From: a virus
Taxonomy: Duplodnaviria; Caudoviricetes
Direction: 5' to 3' (one strand)
DNA length: 64,000 nt
Virus record (IMG/VR): IMGVR_UViG_3300022719_000071
Location: 192,001 to 256,000 of that record
The translations under genes were made by a program, and so were the position numbers. A model generated the notes under the pieces. The model worked only from the letters and a program-made list of their open reading frames with translations. It did no database searches and was not told the DNA's origin. Of this stretch, positions 48,691-57,173 are shown one piece after another. Each line of letters begins with the position of its first letter. Position 1 is the first letter of the stretch.

Positions 48691-50586
48691 ATGGCAGACA
48701 CACTCAAAAAACTAAATGATTACGAACACACAAGACTTAGAACAGAATTATACTTTGGTTCTAGAGAACTTCATACTCAAAATATACTCCATTTTGATGG
48801 AAAGCAACTTTCATTGCGTGAGTTCACATGGGTTCCTGCATTATTTACAGGGATTAGAGAAATAATCGATAATGCTCTCGATGAAATGGTTGGGCATCGC
48901 AAGGGTGACACACTGCGTGTTACCTATGACGAGTCCACCATGGAGATTTCCGTTGAAGACAATGGCCGTGGTCTACCAATCGATGAGCGCAAGGATTTAG
49001 GCAAAGGTCCAGCCGCATCCATTCTCCTGGGAGAAGCCCGAGCAGGACGTAACTTCGATGAGCGTGGTCAAGTAGCCGGTACCAATGGTCTTGGTGCTGC
49101 CTGCACCAACTTTACCGCTGAATGGTTTGAGCTTGATGTGTATCACGGCTCAAAGCGTTTAAAGCAACGTTGGGAGGAAGGCACGTACGGTGGTAAGGAC
49201 AAGCACCGAACCAAAGGACCAAATGTCATTCGGGGCTCTAAGGCTAAGAGCGGAACTAAGATTACCTACAAGCCTTCTGCAAAGGTATTCAAGCATTTGT
49301 TGCTCCCAACCGATTTTATCAAAGGTCGTCTGTGGGACATCGCAGTGTCCAATCCCAAGATCAAGGTCTACTTCAATGATGAGCGTCTGACTCCATTACC
49401 CGGACGTGATGCAGTTGCCGCCACGTATTTTAAAGATCAAGCCATCAGCAAGATTTCCTTTGAGGACGGCAACTTCAACAGCCACTTCTATCTGCTGCCA
49501 GACTTCAATGGCGACGAAGAAGTTGTACATTCGGTGGTAAACAACCTACCTGCACTACAAGGCGGCTCGCACATCGATGCGTTCCGCAACCTGTTCTATC
49601 CGTCTGCAATGAGTCATTTAACCAGCACACGTGGCAATGCCTTCACCAAGGAAAAACTGACGTTAACCCGTCCTGATATTGCTACTGGCTTGCTCATCTT
49701 CAACGTCACTACTATGGATGGGCCTAACTTTGACTCACAGACAAAAAGTCGTTTGATTACCGAAGTCCGTGGAACCATGAAGGCATGCTTCGATGAGTTC
49801 CAGGTCGGATCTGCGTTTCGTAGGAACTCTGCATGGGTGGAGTTGATCCTGGAGCGTTGCCGTCGAAGGACTGTGAGCAAAGAGACCCGTGAGATCAGCC
49901 GTGAGCAGAGGAAGATGCAACGAAGCAAGGTTGCCAAGCTCCGTGATGCAACGGGGAACCGTCGCTCGAAATGTACGCTATTCATCGGTGAGGGCGATTC
50001 TGCTCTGAACAACATGTTCACTGTGCGTGATCCAAATTTACATGGTGCACTGCCGTTGCGTGGCAAGATTTTGAATGTGCATGGCATTTCACCGAAGAAG
50101 GTCATTGAGAGTCAAGCACTTGCTGACATTATGACAAGCATAGGTTTGCAAATCGGCACAAAAGCAAACCGACCCAACCTTCGATACGGGAAAGTGTACA
50201 TTGCTACTGACGAAGATGAGGATGGTAAGAACATCACCGCATTGCTGGTGAACTTCTTCTTCCGCTTCTGGCCGGAACTATTTGAGGGAGAACCATTTGT
50301 CTACAAATTCTCTACCCCGTTCATCATTGTGGAGAAGGGCAAGCAGCGAAAGTACATCTATGCAGACGCATACGATGAGTTCCAGACTAACCTGGAGAAG
50401 TATAAGGGGTGGGCTATCACCAGGGCTAAGGGTCTAGGCACTCTTACTCTGGAGGATTGGGCACATGCACTGGAGAAACCACAGGTCATACCGGTGATCA
50501 ACGATGGTCACCTGAAAGAGACGTTGGATCTGATCTTCAACCAGGATAGAGCCGATGATCGCAAGGAGTGGTTGAGTCATGACTAA
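48691..50586 (+). CDS. gyrB: Type II topoisomerase large subunit (GyrB/ParE-like, gp39+gp60 fused)
   Basis: EIIDNALDE, EDNGRG.P, AGRNF, GTNGLG (GHKL); FIGEGDSA, PLRGKILN, IATDEDEDG (Toprim), RAKGLG. Confidence 0.95.
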   Translation: MADTLKKLNDYEHTRLRTELYFGSRELHTQNILHFDGKQLSLREFTWVPALFTGIREIIDNALDEMVGHRKGDTLRVTYDESTMEISVEDNGRGLPIDERKDLGKGPAASILLGEARAGRNFDERGQVAGTNGLGAACTNFTAEWFELDVYHGSKRLKQRWEEGTYGGKDKHRTKGPNVIRGSKAKSGTKITYKPSAKVFKHLLLPTDFIKGRLWDIAVSNPKIKVYFNDERLTPLPGRDAVAATYFKDQAISKISFEDGNFNSHFYLLPDFNGDEEVVHSVVNNLPALQGGSHIDAFRNLFYPSAMSHLTSTRGNAFTKEKLTLTRPDIATGLLIFNVTTMDGPNFDSQTKSRLITEVRGTMKACFDEFQVGSAFRRNSAWVELILERCRRRTVSKETREISREQRKMQRSKVAKLRDATGNRRSKCTLFIGEGDSALNNMFTVRDPNLHGALPLRGKILNVHGISPKKVIESQALADIMTSIGLQIGTKANRPNLRYGKVYIATDEDEDGKNITALLVNFFFRFWPELFEGEPFVYKFSTPFIIVEKGKQRKYIYADAYDEFQTNLEKYKGWAITRAKGLGTLTLEDWAHALEKPQVIPVINDGHLKETLDLIFNQDRADDRKEWLSHD

Positions 50587-50953
50587 TAAGAAGCAAGTAC
50601 CAGCAGCGGTACATTTCCAAACGACGGGCCAGCTACAGCCAATCGATTACAACTGGCTGCACATTCTGCACGTATGTCGTGAGGCATTGCAACAGGAGAA
50701 GCAATATGTTATTCTGCCTGTCGAAGAGAAGCAGAATGACAAGCGCAACAAGATGCGGCTGGTGAAGGGAGATAAGAACAGCCCTCGTGGGTTGGTGATG
50801 AAGACCGACCGTGAGGCATTGCAACGATACTATCCGTATGCTGCCGTTCGTTTGGATGCCGAGGAATTGTCTACCTACGCTGCCAAGAGATTCAATGAGC
50901 TTGATCCAGCAGAACTGGAAAGGATGGCAAGTGAGCTTACCCAGCAGAGCTAG
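50579..50953 (+). CDS. Hypothetical protein between the topoisomerase subunits
   Basis: 124-aa ORF overlapping both neighbours; GGAG RBS. Confidence 0.6.
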   Translation: MTNKKQVPAAVHFQTTGQLQPIDYNWLHILHVCREALQQEKQYVILPVEEKQNDKRNKMRLVKGDKNSPRGLVMKTDREALQRYYPYAAVRLDAEELSTYAAKRFNELDPAELERMASELTQQS

Positions 50954-52286
50954 TTCCGACTACATTAGTCGCATCTCACGGGAGTACGGTCTGTATGTTT
51001 TGGACAGTCGTGCTATCCCAGCGATGACTGATGGTCTTAAGACGAGCCAACGCATCGCTTTGTGGCTAGTGAGAAACCGAGCCGACAAGATCAAGACTAT
51101 CTCGCTCGTGGGTGAGATGATTGCCTCCAACCTGTATGTCCATGGTGACGCTGCGGCTGGTGATACTATCAGTCTCCTGGCGGCTCCGTACTGCAACAAC
51201 GTCCCCTTGCTCGGTAGTGTGGGTGCCTTTGGTACGTTGGCTGACCCAACGAGCTTTGGTGCCCCTCGCTATACCTACGTGAAGCGCTCCAAGTTTGCTC
51301 AGGACGCCTTGTATACCGATATAGACATCGTGCCAATGGTGGAAAACTACGACGGCTCTGCGAGGATGCCGGGTACGTTCCTGCCTCTGATACCCCTGGT
51401 ACTATTGAATGGCATCAAAGGTATCGCCCCTGGTTGGTCTACCAATATCCTCCCACGTCGATTGGAAGATCTGATACGTGCCGTGCAGGAGGTTCTTAGT
51501 GATGGCAAGGTCAAGACCAAGATTATGCCCCACTACGAGGGTCGCAATGTTCGAGTGGTCGAGCGTGGAGACAATCAATATACACTATTCGGACACCTGA
51601 CCAAGAAAAACACCACGACCGTGATTGTGGACAGTCTTCCGCCCGACTTGACGCTGGAGAAGTTTAAGGAATATCTCATCAAGCTGGAAGAGGATGGTAA
51701 GATCACGGATTGGATTGACCATAGCTCGAAGACTATCTACATCGAAATTAAGATGCGTCGTGCTGACCTCGTTCCCATGGAAGAGGCAGATATCATTGAG
51801 TTCCTTCGTTTGCGCACTCTGGTAACAGAGAATATTACCGTACAAGGCATCGGTGGTAACAAGGTTGTGACCTATGAGTCTGCTGATAAGTTGGTTGAGG
51901 ATTGGGTGAAGTGGAGGCTTGAACTGTACCTTGAAAGGTACAACAAACTTCTTGAGGACGAGTGTTATACAAACTTGTATTGGAAGTTGGTGATTGCGTG
52001 CTTCGACCACGAACTTGTTAATGATCTTCTCAAACTGAAGGGTAAGACCGAGCTAAAGAATCGGGTTTTGGAGATCGCAAATGCGGACAAGCTCGATGGT
52101 GTCACTGACGATATTCTGGAACGAATTGCTAATCTACCGTCATACCGATGGACGGTAGAGGGGTATGACGAAGCGAAGAAGCAACTCGAAGCCAGTTCTC
52201 AACGTGTTGTGGAATATGACAGCATGGTCAGTAGCAATGTCAAGCGCAAGAATGTTTTCAAGAAAGAAGTCGGTGCTCTAGCTTAA
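50931..52286 (+). CDS. gyrA: Type II topoisomerase small subunit (GyrA/ParC, gp52-like)
   Basis: RAIP..DGLK.SQR, YVHGD, APRYT (catalytic Tyr), LNGIKGIAPGWST; GTG start with AAAGGA RBS. Confidence 0.93.
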   Translation: MSLPSRASSDYISRISREYGLYVLDSRAIPAMTDGLKTSQRIALWLVRNRADKIKTISLVGEMIASNLYVHGDAAAGDTISLLAAPYCNNVPLLGSVGAFGTLADPTSFGAPRYTYVKRSKFAQDALYTDIDIVPMVENYDGSARMPGTFLPLIPLVLLNGIKGIAPGWSTNILPRRLEDLIRAVQEVLSDGKVKTKIMPHYEGRNVRVVERGDNQYTLFGHLTKKNTTTVIVDSLPPDLTLEKFKEYLIKLEEDGKITDWIDHSSKTIYIEIKMRRADLVPMEEADIIEFLRLRTLVTENITVQGIGGNKVVTYESADKLVEDWVKWRLELYLERYNKLLEDECYTNLYWKLVIACFDHELVNDLLKLKGKTELKNRVLEIANADKLDGVTDDILERIANLPSYRWTVEGYDEAKKQLEASSQRVVEYDSMVSSNVKRKNVFKKEVGALA

Positions 52287-52344
52287 TCGTAAGCAGTCAA
52301 TAGGGTACGGAAACGATAGGAAATTGGTTCATGTTGACCAAACC

Positions 52345-52375
52345 TTGACTTTATCCCTGGCAGGGTATATAAATA
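52345..52375 (+). promoter_or_regulatory. Hybrid sigma70/late promoter of tRNA cluster 1
   Basis: TTGACT-N17-TATAAATA. Confidence 0.75.
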
Positions 52376-52386
52376 CTCTTACCGAT

Positions 52387-52461
52387 TGGTCCGTAGCTCA
52401 GAGGAAGAGCGCTGCCCTTACAAGGCAGAGGTCGAGATTTCGAAATTCTCCGGACCAACCA
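52387..52461 (+). tRNA. tRNA-Val(TAC)
   Basis: Acceptor TGGTCCG/CGGACCA; anticodon arm CTGCC-CTTACAA-GGCAG; TTCG loop; encoded CCA. Confidence 0.9.
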
Positions 52462-52463
52462 AT

Positions 52464-52539
52464 TGGCTCGTAGCTCAACTGGTAGAGCGCCAGTCTCTGA
52501 AACTGGAGGTTCTTGGATCATACCCAAGCGGGCCAGCCA
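52464..52539 (+). tRNA. tRNA-Gln(CTG)
   Basis: TGGCTCG/CGGGCCA with G73; anticodon arm CCAGT-CTCTGAA-ACTGG; atypical T-loop ATCATAC; CCA. Confidence 0.85.
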
Positions 52540-52549
52540 ATCAATCAGA

Positions 52550-52629
52550 AGGGGTGGAGCTAAAGTGTCTGGTGACGCTAGCGGTCTTTGAAACCGCCGC
52601 AACTGGTTCGATTCCAGCCACCCCCGCCA
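52550..52629 (+). tRNA. Atypical tRNA-Gln(TTG)
   Basis: GGGGTGG/CCACCCC; anticodon arm GCGGT-CTTTGAA-ACCGC; CTGG-TTCGATT-CCAG; G-CCA; enlarged D region. Confidence 0.7.
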
Positions 52630-52768
52630 ACATCATGCCCAAATTAAGTACCTCTCTTCCAAAAGACAAACCTTACTGTACGACCATGATCAAATTCTGA
52701 TCTACGATAGTAACGGTTCAGCTTCTCTTAAACTATTAGCTCCCAAATGGACGAAGAAGTGCTACATC

Positions 52769-52963
52769 ATGCATGATTCTGATGGCAACGCAGTTGGAAT
52801 CTTTAAGGGAGCAATAGACGAGAGTAAACAGATAGAGTTTACCTTAGCTGATGAAGATGATGAAATTCATGTTCTGAAAGCCGAAGAGATCTCGAAAGCT
52901 GAATACGGAACAGTTATCGCATTCATACATTCCCTATACTCGAAGTGGATGCTCGAACGATGA
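52769..52963 (+). CDS. Small hypothetical protein (frame extends upstream to about 52637; possible frameshift after ATG 52635)
   Basis: ORF track plus an open upstream frame reading ...LLYDHDQILIYDSNG...KKCYIMHDSDG. Confidence 0.5.
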   Translation: MHDSDGNAVGIFKGAIDESKQIEFTLADEDDEIHVLKAEEISKAEYGTVIAFIHSLYSKWMLER

Positions 52964-53001
52964 GTGGCATACTATTGAAATTTCCTGACTAAACTGATAT
53001 C

Positions 53002-53256
53002 ATGCAAACGGTGTACGCTTCAATTCGTGACTCTCGTGATCATTTGGTGTGCATAGTTTGTGTGCCAAGGGATTCATCGCTGTATCAGCTTGAGCAGGCG
53101 CTGATGCAAATCTACTCGAAGCTGAATTTGCCTAGCCACCCGAGTTTATTAACGGAAACTGAAGCCAAGTCATACGTAGAAATGGGAGTCTGCGACTTTG
53201 TGGACCTAACGAAGATTGCGGACTCGTTGAAGCCCATTCAAGGCTGGAGTGATTAA
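53002..53256 (+). CDS. Small hypothetical protein
   Basis: 84-aa ORF; shares IRDS.D..V and (L/I)T..E..S motifs with its neighbours. Confidence 0.55.
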   Translation: MQTVYASIRDSRDHLVCIVCVPRDSSLYQLEQALMQIYSKLNLPSHPSLLTETEAKSYVEMGVCDFVDLTKIADSLKPIQGWSD

Positions 53257-53608
53257 AGCGGTAACCCGAAAGCTGAGGAATAAAAGGATGCTTCACTTCG
53301 TAATTCGACGTAGTTCAGACAAGGAGCCTTTGGCTCTATTCAGGATCAATACCAAGGTCGAGAATGACATGAACATAAGCACGTTAGTTTATCGTGGACG
53401 CTTCGGTCCTTTCGTGCGGATTTATCGCAACGCTTACCACGCCTACAATCTGATGCTGGGAAGCCACGATGATGTCATTCAATCGTTGTCTTATAACCCC
53501 TACACCGAAAAGGCTGATTTTTGTTTGGAACTGGTAACAAAATCCGAGTGGGAATCATGGGATGAAATGGAACTGTTCCCGAGGTTGAAGACATCGATAG
53601 TGGGATGA
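53249..53608 (+). CDS. Hypothetical protein
   Basis: 119-aa ORF with GTG start and GGAG RBS. Confidence 0.55.
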   Translation: MIKAVTRKLRNKRMLHFVIRRSSDKEPLALFRINTKVENDMNISTLVYRGRFGPFVRIYRNAYHAYNLMLGSHDDVIQSLSYNPYTEKADFCLELVTKSEWESWDEMELFPRLKTSIVG

Positions 53609-53832
53609 TACTGGATTACTACACAGTCCGAAACAATAATGATGAGATCGTGGCCATCGTTAGCATGTCACGTCGAAATAGATTGCCCTGGTCAGAATTT
53701 GTTAAAAATCCGTGTTCAGCAAGATGGAGCCATTCCAACTCTCTAATGGTTTTTGAGGATTGAATGGAGCATTCAATCCTCAAATTCATCTCATAAGGTA
53801 AATACCGGAACATCTTTTAGAGAGATATCCTT

Positions 53833-54579
53833 ATGGAAGTTGTGATCAAAAGCGGGATCGTTAGAATAGGAGAGGGTGGAATTCTTGTTATAGGTGATGG
53901 CATCCCTCCTCACACTCCTCCATCCTCAGCACCCGTATTTTCAGGAGAAGGTACAGACAGTGGTGTTGGTGATATCAACATCAATGTAGCTTCCACCTTT
54001 ACTACTGGAGATTTAGTGTTTGCACTGATAAGCTCGAATGATGCATCCACTGGATTTACATTGGACACTCCTACTGCTGGTACGTCAGGTGCATGGACTA
54101 CGCTATTCAATGGCACCCCGAATGACGGAACAGTGAAAGTGGCACTGTTTTCTAAGGTGGCTACAGCTAATGATAGCTCAATAGTGACATTCACTGGTAC
54201 TGATGAGGTATCCCACATTACTACTGCGGAAATTTACAAAGTTCCAACAGCATCACACAATGTTATAGATCCATCTACTGATGTTACAGTAGAGAACGCA
54301 TCCGGATCTTTAACTGCCACTGGTACATTCCCAGCTATCACTGTTCCAAATAGCAATCGACTTTTCTATTTGGCGGGATATATAGGAAATAACGGTAACG
54401 CTTTTACACCAGAACCACCACCAGGACTATCCTTGATCAATGTGAACGGAATTAGTAATGCAGTCGGTAGGGCATATGACGTTACTGATCAAAACACACC
54501 AGGATTAAAGCCTTCGTTTGACGTATCATTCGCCACGGCTAATGCAACGTTTGTATTCTTTGCAGTGGCATATCCATAA
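53833..54579 (+). CDS. Late, beta-rich Thr/Gly/Ser protein; candidate virion decoration/adhesin
   Basis: TAAATA at 53799; N-terminal VVIKSG.VRIGEGGILVIG and Pro linker. Confidence 0.6.
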   Translation: MEVVIKSGIVRIGEGGILVIGDGIPPHTPPSSAPVFSGEGTDSGVGDININVASTFTTGDLVFALISSNDASTGFTLDTPTAGTSGAWTTLFNGTPNDGTVKVALFSKVATANDSSIVTFTGTDEVSHITTAEIYKVPTASHNVIDPSTDVTVENASGSLTATGTFPAITVPNSNRLFYLAGYIGNNGNAFTPEPPPGLSLINVNGISNAVGRAYDVTDQNTPGLKPSFDVSFATANATFVFFAVAYP

Positions 54580-54590
54580 CGGAAAACCTG

Positions 54591-54734
54591 ATGACTAATA
54601 AACAAATGGAACATGGGTATACTGACCAGCAACGTCAAGAAGCGTTGAAAGCAGACCATATGAAAACCCCTTCACCATGGATGAAAGTGATGAGCAATCC
54701 CTGGCCAAACAAAAAGAAAAACCAAGCCGATTGA
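54591..54734 (+). CDS. Small ORF (47 aa), absent from the ORF track
   Basis: ATG 54591 to TGA 54734 fills the intergenic gap. Confidence 0.35.
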   Translation: MTNKQMEHGYTDQQRQEALKADHMKTPSPWMKVMSNPWPNKKKNQAD

Positions 54735-54743
54735 TGTTGCAGT

Positions 54744-55286
54744 ATGAAACTAAAAGATCTAATGGAAGGACACCAACGACAGATAGAAGGACTACGCCCA
54801 AACGCTATCATCGACCTTTACTATCCATCATCGGTTCGTACAGCTATTGAATTAATCAGGGGTTCGTATAGCGATGACGAACCTCTGTTGGTTATGAATA
54901 GCCTCAAAAATGCAGCTAGAGTCTCGGATGTCGTTATTCATTTTTGGACTCAAGGAAAATATCTGGAAGCCCCTCGTGAAATGCGTAGGAACGCCCAGGA
55001 TAAGGAACTAGCAGCCAAGATCTATCCAGAGTCCTTCAAACCGTTGGTGAGCATGTCGTTGCTCTCACAGCGTCCTATAGCTTTTGTGAAGAGATACCCC
55101 ACGCCAAACAATATCGAAGCAGTATATGTGAATGTAGACGGTAATCTGGAGAAAATGCACGGCGACCAGTTTGTTGGCTGGTTTGTCAAGTTGGTCCGTC
55201 GTAGCAGGGACCAAGGAAAAGTAATCGAATCCCGTCTGAACGAGCGCTACAATCGATCTGTTGCCAATCGCTTAATTGGTGCTTGA
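54744..55286 (+). CDS. Candidate head-internal protein (MKLKDLMEG leader)
   Basis: 180-aa ORF with an MKL.DL.E N-terminus. Confidence 0.55.
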   Translation: MKLKDLMEGHQRQIEGLRPNAIIDLYYPSSVRTAIELIRGSYSDDEPLLVMNSLKNAARVSDVVIHFWTQGKYLEAPREMRRNAQDKELAAKIYPESFKPLVSMSLLSQRPIAFVKRYPTPNNIEAVYVNVDGNLEKMHGDQFVGWFVKLVRRSRDQGKVIESRLNERYNRSVANRLIGA

Positions 55287-55331
55287 TTCTAATAATTTGA
55301 ATACATACATTGGTAACACCGGAGGTATAAC

Positions 55332-55784
55332 ATGGGTTTCTGGGACAATTTCGCATCAGCGCAGAAGAAGTCAGATTTCACGGTCGCAATTAGCGATTCC
55401 GATTGGGATTCTGACTGGCCAAGTTTGGTATCTCGCCAAACCGCCAGAGTAGAAGTCAACTTTGTTAACAGAACTTTGGTGTTTCACCTACGTCAAGCTG
55501 CCAAAGGCGTCATCCAGGATGTCATCTTCCATATTCTTAACAAAGATTACAAGAAGATTGATCATATCTGCATCACCCCCGGAAAAGACAAGAACAAGTA
55601 CGAGTACCACTTCAAGGATGGTGAAGTTGTGAGCCACTATTGCGATTTTGCGTATGAGGATGATTCTCCAGCCGTCCACGTGCTTACCGTTAAGTTTCGT
55701 GAGGTAGAACTGAAAACCCCGGCTGCGGATCGTCGCACTTCGGTCATCCTGAAAGACGAAACCCCTCAACAACTAAACGGATAA
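55332..55784 (+). CDS. Hypothetical protein
   Basis: GGAGG RBS, 150 aa. Confidence 0.65.
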   Translation: MGFWDNFASAQKKSDFTVAISDSDWDSDWPSLVSRQTARVEVNFVNRTLVFHLRQAAKGVIQDVIFHILNKDYKKIDHICITPGKDKNKYEYHFKDGEVVSHYCDFAYEDDSPAVHVLTVKFREVELKTPAADRRTSVILKDETPQQLNG

Positions 55785-56104
55785 TGACTCCCCTAGAAAA
55801 GAACATCATAAAAAACTATGATATGGCATTCGTCAACTATAACGGATACCATCCGTTTCTAGATATTGTAGAAGACGATGGAGTGGTTGTTGGCATCATG
55901 CTTAAAGATGAAGGTGGCTCGTGGGACACCAAATCATGGTCTTATCACCGTATCGATAGACTTCCAGTATTGACTAATAATCTCGGTGAATCTTATCGAG
56001 AGATGATGAAGCAACGCACACGTATCCAGCTACATGGATTGCTTTTCAAGTTGGCATCTGTTGATGTCTCTACGATTATCCAAAAACCAGATGAAGAGCA
56101 TTGA
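55784..56104 (+). CDS. Hypothetical protein
   Basis: Coupled to the upstream gene (TAATG), 106 aa. Confidence 0.6.
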   Translation: MTPLEKNIIKNYDMAFVNYNGYHPFLDIVEDDGVVVGIMLKDEGGSWDTKSWSYHRIDRLPVLTNNLGESYREMMKQRTRIQLHGLLFKLASVDVSTIIQKPDEEH

Positions 56105-56179
56105 TGACATCAAAACGTGCTAAGTTGTTAGAATTCGCTCAACGCTTTGCCTCGGTAAATACTTCTGAGGTAATGAACA

Positions 56180-56707
56180 ATGGTTCTATTAAATGAAGCC
56201 AGGAGGATTCTAGGTGAGAGCATTGACGGTTATGGTTCTGGATGGTGGAATATTAATACCGGACAGAGATTTCAACAGCCCAATGTTGCACACGCCGAAG
56301 TTATCCTGGATAATGCAGTTGCATTTGGCGTACAACACCTAATCTCTGCAACAGTATGGGATAACCCTGATGAAATGGAGCGCATTGCTTCCAAACTCGA
56401 TGGGCACTATGAAACGTTCTACGATAAGGGCTGGCTACGTTACCTCTGGGCTCAAGAGCATGGAGAACGCCTTCTAGCTGGCTCCAGCAATTCCGAAGTC
56501 TTAGTAGAAGCCTGGGACAAAGAAGTTATCCACGACTTGTACGACGAATTTAATCCTACATTCAGCTATTGGTATTCTTCAGAACATGGGGGAAGTCCTA
56601 AATCGCAAGCCATCAGGGGAATACCACCATCAATCGAAGACTGGTTTCTATCATTATCAGGAGAAGACGAGATAAATGATATCAGGAGGAGAGCGGGGAT
56701 AAGCTAA
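56180..56707 (+). CDS. Acidic candidate head-internal protein
   Basis: TAAATA at 56156, GAGG RBS, MVLLNEA leader, C-terminal INDIRRRAGI. Confidence 0.6.
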   Translation: MVLLNEARRILGESIDGYGSGWWNINTGQRFQQPNVAHAEVILDNAVAFGVQHLISATVWDNPDEMERIASKLDGHYETFYDKGWLRYLWAQEHGERLLAGSSNSEVLVEAWDKEVIHDLYDEFNPTFSYWYSSEHGGSPKSQAIRGIPPSIEDWFLSLSGEDEINDIRRRAGIS

Positions 56708-56913
56708 TGGCATGGTACAATAATCACCTTCGTGAAACCAATATGAGCTACTGGCAACACTTCCTGTTCGCTAGTAAAATGACTCTCTGGGTCGGCTGGG
56801 TTTTCTTCACTTCCGCTGTGCACACCATTCTCCCATTTGCATTTCCGTTCTGGGCCGAAAGAAACGTCATCAAGATGGTCAAGAAGATCGAGGAGCGGCA
56901 GGGGGAACGCTAA
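56707..56913 (+). CDS. Small membrane-associated protein (DUF6356-like), paralog 1
   Basis: HLRE..MSYWQHF.FA...VH..LPF.F pattern. Confidence 0.6.
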   Translation: MAWYNNHLRETNMSYWQHFLFASKMTLWVGWVFFTSAVHTILPFAFPFWAERNVIKMVKKIEERQGER

Positions 56914-57110
56914 TGAATTTCAAACACTTGAAGGAAGTGAAAGAAACGTGGTGGCAACACTTCTGCTTCGCCTTCCCGATGGCCTGTCGAATGCTCTGGG
57001 GTGGTTTTTGTATACTAGTACATTCATTCCTACCTTTCCTCTTCGTGACCAATGGGTCCGACATCATCCGTAAATGCAATCGCATTGTGGAGTCTAAATT
57101 TCCTAAATGA
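56913..57110 (+). CDS. Small membrane-associated protein (DUF6356-like), paralog 2
   Basis: HLKEVKETWWQHFCFA...VHSFLPFLF...SDII. Confidence 0.6.
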   Translation: MNFKHLKEVKETWWQHFCFAFPMACRMLWGGFCILVHSFLPFLFVTNGSDIIRKCNRIVESKFPK

Positions 57111-57173
57111 AAAGTCCTTGACTTGGGGAGTCCCGTGTGGTAAGTTACTACCTCTAACTTGGAGAACTGTGCC

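Noticed and set aside
52386-52700. 104-aa ORF in the track
   Set aside because: It overlaps three tRNA genes and is spurious.
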